Source: Seison nebaliae (lineage: Eukaryota). From it: a stretch of 20,000 nt of DNA. Under the pieces are notes generated by a model. It had not been told where the DNA came from, did no database searches, and saw only the letters and a program-made list of their open reading frames with translations. The position numbers and the translations under genes are program-made. How positions within the stretch are numbered: position 1 is the stretch's first letter; each line of letters begins with the position of its first letter. The stretch spans positions 55,310 through 75,309 of the forward strand of contig JALJEE010000252.1 in assembly GCA_023231475.1 (NCBI GenBank), read 5' to 3'. Below, piece by piece: positions 11,301-20,000 of this stretch.

Positions 11301-13774
11301 ACCAAATAAATTTCAAATGTTATTCCGTGCTGGATTGAGACCATCCACTTCTCAAAATGTCCAACCGTCAACGTTATGTCGTTATCCGATTTGGTATTAC
11401 AATCCTTGCGATCTTATCAATTCAGTTGATTTATTTCAATTAACCGATTCGTCTCGTCCACATTCGATTCATGAGATTCTTGTTCGAATGAGTGTCATTC
11501 GTCCATCATTCTTATCTCCAACAGTCGCTTCTCAATTGAGACAAACGTCAATCGATAATCCTACAAAAAATATTTCAACTACTACATCTCACACATTTCA
11601 TGAATTCCTTCAAACCGCTCCACCTACTTCCAATAATACTGCAACGACCACTGTTGCTTCAACTACTACAACTGAAAGTTATCCACTTGATGTATTAATG
11701 GGACCCTTACCCAAAACAATGACAAATGATGTAACATCGAATTTAATTGGAATGAATTCACGTTTTGATAATTTGTTCGGTTCGGAATCTGGTTCATCCG
11801 AATCATCCGGCTCATCATCATCATATCATAAACGTCAGACAAAGTCAGGAATAATTCAAATGTTAACGAATCAACGACCGACAAAGTCCAGACCAAATCG
11901 ATATAGTCGCAATCGTGGTTACGAATATAAATCACGATTCTCCACCGAATCATTCGACGGAAAAAATAGAAATCTTCGATTAATACTTTATGTGATAACA
12001 GCGGGCGATCGATGTTATTTATCAAAGAAAACAACTTCATCATCAACGGGTCATAGTAAGAGAGCGAAAGCGAATGGAGATATTATTAAATTGAAAGCAA
12101 TTCCTGATGACGATATTCAACGGAATTGTTCAGAAAAGAATGAGAATTTGTTGAGAACGATTCATGAAATGAAACATTATTCTCAAGAGAAATTGAGACA
12201 AATTAATCCATTACATTATTTCATCAATGATACAAATGTATCATCGATTCCAATGACGCATTTATATTCCACATCTTTGACAACTGATCGTCAACAAATC
12301 ATTTTATACAAAGAAGAATATTTCAAATTATTTGTTCGTCGATTCTTCGAGACTTGTTCATGTATCGTCAATCTAGTGAATAAGAAAGAACAATGGTGGG
12401 AAATGAATCGGAATTCATTTAAAGATTATCGATATGCAACAACAGATTATAATGATAAAAAATATTATAAACATTTCCGTTCATCATCAATGGAATTTAT
12501 TTCAAGAGAATTTGTTTATTCCCTCCACCTTCTACATCTATTGGAAGAATTATATAAGAATTATATCAATCGAACAAATAAAAATAATAATAATTCGAAA
12601 TATTCGACACCTGCTCCTTATATCAATCAATGTCTCTATCAAGTTCTTTCGCAAGAAATCCGTAAAAAGAAATATGTGGGGTGTGGTGAACGAATAAATG
12701 AATATGGTTATTCTCTTGAATTCGTCAGTCGACAATATATCAAAAAACTTTATAATGAAAATCGTGAAAAGATTTCGCCTTGGATCGTCGAACTATCTCT
12801 TCGACATTCTTCTTTAATTCCATTCGCATTACGACAAGCTATTTGTTATCTGTCAGTACTTGATAATGGAAGACGAGCAGTTTGGCATCATCTTGTCATT
12901 AGTAGTAATCAACATACTCATCTATTGGATCATGAACGTATGAATGATACAGTTCCAATTGAAATGTCTTCTGTTGCTTCTCTTCATTCAGCTAATACGA
13001 TGATAGAAAAGAAACGAGAAACATTTGACAGGAAAGATGACGTGTTGACGCAAACTTATATTATATTGAAAATGTTTACGAACGATCGAGGAAGCATCAA
13101 ATTTGGTGAAAGAAAAAATACGAAATATCCGAAATATCATCAATTATTGAAGAAAGATGAAATGGAGATCGATATTGAACAGAGTAATTTTAATGAGAAG
13201 TTGAAATTGTTTGGGAAGAAATGTGTTGAAATGAAATTGAATTGTCTCAATAAGAAATCCACAGAAAGAACAGATTTGATGGAATTTAACAATTTGATGA
13301 GATATGAATATTATTCATCGAATCAATTAATCAAAAGATCGACAGGTGATATGATGACCGTTCCAAAATCTGATGAATCCAAACTAACTCCCATTTCTTC
13401 AAAATTGTTAGCCGAAGGGTTATTTGAAGCAATGGTGCCATCGAGCGAATTACCAAAAAAACCGAATTTCAATAATATTATGAAAACTGTTTTTGAATGG
13501 AAGAAACTTAATTTAAAATTGAAATCTTCCATTCCACACAAAACGGAAATAACAACAACAACTACAACAACAACATCTGTTCCGACAACCACAACAATTC
13601 CATCAACAACCACAACAATCCTTGCAACAAAAACAACAACAACAAAAACTCCCTCAGCAGCTAATGCAGCATTGGCGACATTTTGTAACTTTTTCGAAGG
13701 AGATCCAATGGCTATATCAACAACGTCATCATCATCACCATCGTCTACAACAACAACAACAACAACAACAACAA

Positions 13775-13809
<35 letters not shown>

Positions 13810-16330
13810 ACGACAACGACAACGACAACCGAATCAAATAGAATAATTAGAGCAAGAATGAATTATCCGTCATCTCATCCGACGACATTAATATCATCAT
13901 TCAGTCATTCTGGTTCGGCAGCTAACGTACCATCTTTACATCGAAGCACTTTAGAAGGAAGAAGATCAAGATTGAGAGATTATGCCACATTCGACCAATT
14001 AAGAGATCTCATAACGCTACCTGAAATCATTTCGTCAGCGGATATATCTGAATTATTTTCCGGTGAAAATAATTTCATGATACCGCAGAGGTATAAACGA
14101 TCAGCATTATCTCGAAAATATCAATCGTATCAAGGCCGTAATTATGAATGTTTGCAATCGGAGAAAGTTCCATATTCATTCAATCAATTAACGAAATGTG
14201 ATTTTATATCGGATAAAATCGTATCACGAGAAGATAATAATCGACAAGAGATTCTTATGAACAATTTCCGTACGGCAACTAATTGTGTAATGAGACAGTT
14301 TTATGAATTATTAGAACTATCAAACGATCCCACTAATCTAATAACTACAAATCAGAAACCATCCACTCCCAATTTCGACTTATATTATGATCAGACTGGA
14401 GAATATAGTCAAAATTATTATGGAATTAATATCGTTCCAGAAATTGAAGTATTTGTTCAAGCAATGATTAACTCCATATGGAAGGAAAAGAAAATGAAGA
14501 AAAGAACAATGGATAGACGTACAACGAGAAGTGCAACAGATGTCACTAATGTGCCAGATCGATCGAAAAACAAACCACCAGTTCATAAACAATCAAGTTC
14601 TGATGATAAGTTGGTGGAGAATTTACAACGCAATCCTAATGACATTCACTCAAATGTTGATATGTTTAGTGGAATTGAAATAACTTCAAAATTAGAAGGA
14701 GCTTTACTTCATGTTCCGTTACCATCACGATATCATGAGCAGAATGATATTAACAATTATTTAGTGAATGATTTCACATGTCCTGATCAACGACAATTAG
14801 AGGTACAGTTTGCAGAGGAAGTTGGCACCGGTCTTGGACCAACTCTGGAATTTTATTCCATAGTTTCCCAAGAATTCCAGAGATCTTCTTTAGCCATGTG
14901 GCAATGTCATCAGAAACTTTCCGTACAGAGTCGTTAGTAAGTTTTTTTTTGATGTTGTCAATAATAATTTTTTATTAATAGTTTGTGATCCGAATAATTT
15001 CATTGATGTTATTCACAACCATAATGGACTCTATCCGAAACCGTATGATTTTTCAATTCTGTTTAATCCGATATCTTATCAAAATCGTCACGATATCACC
15101 ATATCAGATATGTTATATCAGCGAAAGAAATTACTTCGAATCTTAATGAATTTCCGATTATTGGGAATGTTTATGGCGAAATCATTAATCGATTTCCGAA
15201 ATGTTAATACTTTTCTCTTTCAGACGGAAACTTTAATTTTTTCTCCGAAATAATTTTTGTTAACAAATAGATCGATATTGAATTTTGTACGACTTTCTTC
15301 AAATGGCTCAGATATGAGGAATCGACGATCACTGTTGATGATATTAATGAGATATGTGATCCTGCTGTCGTCTCAACCATTCGATATTTAGATGATTTAA
15401 ATAAGCAAATGTTAGTTATTAAACATGCACTGGATGAATCGATTGTTGTTGGTAATGGAAAATTGGTAATGGAATATAAAACTGAACTGGAATTATTAGA
15501 ACAATCGGTTGAAGATTTGGGTATGGATTTCAATGTTCCAGGAATGAACGGAGTAGAAGAGATTCGCTTACTACCAGAAGATAACAATAAAATTATTCCT
15601 TCTCGTCTTACTGCAAATAATTTAGAAAAATTTATCAAAGTTTATTATTTTCGCCAAATTGGCAAAACTTAATATTGTTTCTTTTTAGTTATTAAGTGAT
15701 TGGTATCTACTTAAAGGTGTTTATTATCAGATGTTATCGTTCAGAACCGGATTTGAAGAAATTTTCTCTTTGAGACATTTACGATATTTCTTACCGAAAG
15801 AAGTTTCATAAATTTTTTAATATTTTCTAATTATTCTTTAAATATTTATTTTAGATGAATTTATTATTTGGTGGTGATCGTTCGATGAATTGGACTGAAA
15901 CTTATGTTGCTAATTGTTGTGTATGTCAGCATGGGTACAAGAAGAATAGCCAACCAATTAAATGGCTAATTCGATTCCTGTGTGAAATGGATGAAAGGGA
16001 ACGGAAAAATTTCGTTTTATTTGTCACCGGTAGTCCCAGATTACCAATTGGAGGTTACAAAAAACTATTATTCCCATTATAGAAATTTAATTAATCTCCC
16101 CCAAAACAGGTTTGGCTGCGTTAAATCCAAGACTGACGATTGTTCGCAAGTCAATCTCGTCGGAAGGGATTCAGGGGAATAAGACTTTGAACGATTATAT
16201 TGATGATCATTTGCCAAGCGTCATGACTTGTACAAATTATTTGAAATTACCTGCTTATTCCTCGTACAGCGTTTTGGAGAAACAATTAAGATATGCTATC
16301 AACAACAGAAGTGCATTCCATATGAGTTAA
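5320..16330 (+). CDS. TRIP12: TRIP12/UFD4-family HECT E3 ubiquitin ligase (ARM repeats, WWE-like domain, HECT), about 3,496 aa, 10 exons
   Basis: Exons 5320-5339, 5401-5477, 5557-5598, 5653-5859, 5912-14932, 14982-15202, 15271-15639, 15689-15802, 15855-16053 and 16110-16330 give one open frame (10,491 nt). TRIP12-type motifs: [64 protein letters not shown] and [18 protein letters not shown] (catalytic Cys codon at 16229-16231). The four 5' exons rest on frame logic only and are less certain. Confidence 0.93.
5912..6072 (+). repeat. Asp/Glu-rich low-complexity coding tract
   Basis: GAT/GAA/GAG runs encoding [23 protein letters not shown]... Confidence 0.85.
8705..8960 (+). other. Divergent WWE-like domain within the HECT ligase
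   Basis: [26 protein letters not shown] shows W-x7-W...E spacing, at the place within the ARM region where metazoan TRIP12 has its WWE domain. Confidence 0.55.
13551..13830 (+). repeat. Compound (ACA)n/(TCA)n/(ACGACA)n microsatellite encoding poly-Thr/poly-Ser
   Basis: Directly visible trinucleotide runs, longest at about 13747-13830, in frame in the ligase. Confidence 0.9.
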
Positions 16331-16971
16331 TTTCTCCATTAATGAATGGAATGTTAAATTTAAATCGTTATATTGAAGCAAAAAATTTTCTTATGAACGA
16401 AAAAATATTTTTGTTAATTTTCCGATTTGATGAACAATTTGAAGTCAAATCATATCTTTCTTATTATGAATAAATTTATCGATTATTAGAAGAAATCATA
16501 TATCAATGAAGAAATTCTGATTTGAGTAAATTATAAATCGGTGCTCTTTTCCTTTGATTTATTATCTATCTATTCATTTTCGATCTAAAAGTTAAGATGA
16601 TTGTTAATTATAATTTGAGACCGAATAAGATAGATTTACATGAAAATTAGGTTTTACAATCATTAGTATCTACTGCTACAAAATAAAGAAGACACATTTC
16701 GAGTTTCAAATTTAACCGCTAATCTACTCGCTTTCTCATCTTTAATCTTATCGGGGACCATTTTTCTTTTTTTACCTTTCCGGAAACGATTCATTTGCAA
16801 TTTTTCATATTTGAAACATTTTATCTAACGTTAGACAAAAGAACAATGTCGAAAAATCACCTGAAAATAAATTATCTGACTGAATTTCGATTAGAATTCG
16901 GTATGAATAAATAAACAGTTAATTGAATTATACATTTGATGACGTGGTATAATGGGATATCAAAAATCTAC

Positions 16972-17106
16972 CACCCCAGTAACTCAGACGAGGACGACCA
17001 CTCAAATAACTGAGAAGATAAGCACCACTTTAATAACTCAGACGATGACGAAAGCCCCAATAACCATGACCATCATGACCACCCCTATAACCATGACAAT
17101 AACCAG
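16972..17106 (+). repeat. Degenerate 27-bp minisatellite, 5 copies
   Basis: Units start at 16972, 16999, 17026, 17053 and 17080, with approximate consensus CACCCCAATAACYMWGACGATRAYSAC. This repeat explains the Thr-rich ORF 16952..17170. Confidence 0.75.
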
Positions 17107-18000
17107 TAACTCATGTGAAGGATTGTTTCGAGTTAGTACTAAGTTGTATTTCGATTGTGAACAGAAGTAAGCTTAAGTAGCAGTGTTGAAAATTCAGTGG
17201 TGCAGTTTAGTAAGATATTTATTTATAAGATATAAGAAAGAATTAGTTAGGATGTAATTAATTAAAAAGTAATTTGGTGATGTAATTAGGTGACGAATCT
17301 CACACGAGTCCTTTCATGCTAAAGTTATAATTTGGAAAGATGTTAATATTATATAGCTCATCAGCACATTAGATCTGTTCAATAAGCTTTGCTTTCTACT
17401 TGCTTAGAAACACCTCGCCTTCTGCTTCCACGTATTCTCTTATGCTAATTTCCAAAAAGTCAGTCAAAAAATGACACGAGTTTCTGATTACGAAACCTTT
17501 TCGAATAAAGCAAGGAGACAGTATTCGATTGGAAAAATACGCGATCTTTTTGGATGAATATGATTTTGAAGTAGTTTAGAGAATCTAATTTGTTAATTAT
17601 TTTCTGAACATTTTATCTTTTTCTAGTTCTGGAAATATTTTACTTCAATCAAAAGAAATTTGAATTTTTGTTCAAAAGAAGCGACATCACAATTTTGAAG
17701 AACTATGATCATTTTATTTAAACCAAAGATAATTTAAATAAACTTTAGTTTTTTGGGCACTAGATAGTTATTAGGTAACACACGATTATTATTTTGCACA
17801 AACTTTCCAAAAATATTATAGAAATTATGTTAAATTTTGAATAAGAATGCCATTGATGTATCATTATAGAGTACAAGTGTTTTCAAGGAAATAATCTAAA
17901 TGTACTCTATTAATCTATAAATTGTATTAAAATATTTTTGTGAAATATAAATATATATAGAAGTAACTTTTCTGTGATTCCACAGGTTATGCTCCAAGTA

Positions 18001-18084
18001 GTAATCTTCTTCCTCGACTGCGGGTGACCCATAGGCTTTTGGGTTCACCCGTTTACTTTTCTACTCAGTCGAAGAAGAAGATAC
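18001..18084. other. Long bulged hairpin (candidate structured RNA or transposon-derived palindrome)
   Basis: Outer arms GTAATCTTCTTCCTCGACTG / CAGTCGAAGAAGAAGATAC. Inner arms CGGGTGACCCA / TGGGTTCACCCG. There is a 14-nt pyrimidine-rich one-sided bulge (TTTACTTTTCTACT). Confidence 0.6.
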
Positions 18085-18479
18085 AAAAATTTGCGAAATA
18101 AGAAACGATATTGAAATTATTGGAATATTACAGAAATTTTGCGCTTAAGTAATAGTCATCTATTCAAAATTGTGCGCCTTTGCGGTTAATTATCTATCTA
18201 TATATGAACTGGCAAAGATATTTCCTTCAGTATGGAATCAGCCGTTTATTCAAATAATGAATATTCGAAGGCCAATGATTTATCAAACGTAGTATGCATT
18301 GTAATGGATCGGTTGTTTCCGGATTCATTGTGATATCCTTTATTTAGGAATTATTATAATTTAATTGGAAGATACAAATAAAAGATACGAAGATTCTTTA
18401 TTTATTATAGATATTCTATATTATAGAATCTATAATAAACTTTTTAACTTTTAACCAATTGATATTTGGGACCAATTGG

Positions 18480-19040
18480 AATTTTTTAACCATCTCAAAT
18501 TACATTCTATGTTATTCGTGTGAATTGTGTTATCATCAGTTCTCACGAAACATTCCTTATCATTTATTTTTTCATATTTATATTTATCAGAAGTTTCTAG
18601 CCACTGATAGGACTTAAGGGAATCTGAGTGTATTGTTGTTCCCTAAAAACTAGTAGTTACTAAGAAAATTAAAAATTAAGAAACTTCCGCAATTTTGCGA
18701 TTGATTATATTTCTTAGTTTCCTCTTCTTCCGGTTAAGTACGAAATAAGCAAATATTTCTCCAGTTCGCCTGGAAATCCCACCAAAAATCCATTGCGGTT
18801 TAGTTGGAAGAGCTCGGTGATTTCTGGTCTTCTTTGACCTCACCGCATCGGTTTCGTAAATTTCAACGACGTCGCCAATACCGCCAATTCATATGATAAA
18901 AATGTTATATTACGCTTTTTAGGGACAACAAGATATCTAACTAATTTTGATTCATATCGTCGATTATGTTCATATTCTTCACATATATCCCTACAATAAT
19001 TTCTCCAATCACATTGAAATGTCGAATATGAATTATTCGT
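18480..19040 (-). mobile_element. Decayed Merlin (IS1016/IS1595, ISXO2-like) DDE transposase pseudogene with intron(s)
   Basis: Hand translation gives, in order: DWRNYCRDIC; IGGIGDVVEIYET; NHRALPTKPQWIFGGISRRTGEIFAYFVLNR; then, after a 42-nt intron (18684..18643), GTTIHSDSLKSYQWL...IHTNNIECNLRWLK. These match the Merlin motifs DWxNxCRExC, IGGxGxxVEIDES, WxFGGIxR, GTxIxSD and HTNxIE. The first catalytic Asp is replaced by Tyr (18858-18856) and there is a frameshift near 18825. Confidence 0.85.
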
Positions 19041-19094
19041 AATTGAATTGGTTGGGAGATTGTATAATGGTCTGTCCATTAGTTTTTCAATTTC

Positions 19095-19255
19095 TTCGCA
19101 CTATTTTTTATTAAGGAATAGAGCGAATGAAAAATTTTTTTGTTATGGACTGTCCTTTAAACCAAAAAATTTTTGTATGAGAAATAGTTCTAATGGACAG
19201 TCCATAACAAAAAAATTTTTCATTCGGTCTATTCCTTAATAAAAAATAGTCCGAA
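19095..19255. repeat. Foldback/MITE-like inverted repeat with 61-bp arms and a 39-bp spacer
   Basis: 19095..19155 is the reverse complement of 19195..19255 with 2 mismatches. A further partial copy of the inner motif lies at about 19067-19082. Confidence 0.88.
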
Positions 19256-19392
19256 TAAATCAACGGTCACTCGTTTCTAATCTTCAAGTATTATCATTCA
19301 TAGGTAGAAAAAAGCATAATAAGAAATTCATATTAGAAAAAAGTGTCCGTTTTGATGATTTGATTCACATGTCGATCTTTTAAGCTTTTAAG

Positions 19393-20000
19393 TCAATTTT
19401 CTTGTTGGTAATTGCGGTTATTTCTGAAATTTCCCCTATTGTTTTTGTAATCATTATTATTGTTATCGTATTTCGGTTTTTGAGTTGGTGTATTGTTGTG
19501 TTGTTGGCTCTGATTTGCTTGGTTATTTGACTGTGTATTTGTTACCAAGACTGTTTTGTTTGCTATTCGTGTTCTCTTCGATTTCCCAGAGACTTCCTGT
19601 TATTCTTTTTATCTCATGGTTTCCGTCACAGAATCTGTTCAATCTTTGATTCATTTTTTCGAATTCCTTTATTTCCTTGAGGATTTCTTTGGGGTTACTG
19701 TCGACGTCTACCTTTCTTGCCAAATGTTTTTTGAGGTCCATGTCAATAATAGATTTTAAGAATATTTTGTTGATTTTTTGCGTAAAATGATTTGTTCCCG
19801 CTATTCTTGGAAACGCTTTTTTCCCCAACGCATCCGTTTTAGTTCAATGATGATTAATGATTTTTTTTTTCATCTTCCACTAACGATTTTTTGCGTGAGC
19901 GATGCATCGAATATAGCATACAACCGACCGCCTTAAACGAACAAGTTTCTCCTCTCCCTTCAGTTTCAACAATCTCATCTTCAACGATAATTTCTAACCC
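19393..20000 (-). pseudogene. Frameshifted coding remnant, possibly gag-like (LTR retrotransposon)
   Basis: Overlapping broken frames: ORF 19828..19523 (...SIIDMDLKKHLARKVDVDSNPKEILKEIKEFEK...), then a shifted N/Q/R-rich tail (NNNNDYKNNRGNFRNNRNYQQEN*). The gag resemblance is compositional only, and I saw no CCHC knuckle. Confidence 0.3.

Noticed and set aside
13323..13846. Poly-Val antisense ORF and poly-Q/H alternate-frame ORF
   Set aside because: Frame artefacts of the ACA/TCA microsatellites inside TRIP12.
16972..17106. Possible CRISPR-like array
   Set aside because: Contiguous degenerate tandem units with no unique spacers, in a eukaryotic context with no cas genes.
17280..17370. Minus-strand CTGATGA...GAAA resembling a hammerhead ribozyme core
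   Set aside because: Two extra bases precede GAAA and stems I and III cannot be formed.
18010..18092. U1/U2/U5 snRNA identity for the hairpin (CTCGACTGC and GGCTTTTGG fragments)
   Set aside because: The diagnostic sequences (ATACTTACC, GTAGTA branch-pairing context, GCCTTTTAC loop) are absent or out of order.
18401..18439. AT-rich palindrome, and a similar 10-bp inverted repeat at 17866..17910
   Set aside because: Short and low in complexity; plausible by chance or local slippage in AT-rich DNA.

Overview
AT-rich, compact eukaryotic (probably invertebrate) genomic DNA with short GT-AG introns (about 42-83 nt). From left to right it holds: an intronless Dpy-30-motif gene (+); three small orphan genes for single-pass membrane proteins (-); a spliced Gln-rich orphan gene (-); and a divergently transcribed 10-exon TRIP12/UFD4-type HECT E3 ligase gene (5320..16330, about 3,496 aa by manual splicing). 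The last 3.6 kb contains no intact host gene that I can recognise. It holds a 27-nt minisatellite, a GC-stemmed hairpin, a decayed intron-containing Merlin (IS1595/ISXO2-like) DDE transposase not evident from the ORF track, a 61-bp foldback and a possible gag-like remnant. The most notable signals are three. (1) 14 of 16 inferred introns start GTT rather than GTR and mostly lack +5G. (2) The Merlin transposase is interrupted by host-style GTT intron(s). (3) About 570 aa are inserted at the start of the TRIP12 HECT N-lobe. All family calls come from remembered motifs and hand translation; no searches were run.
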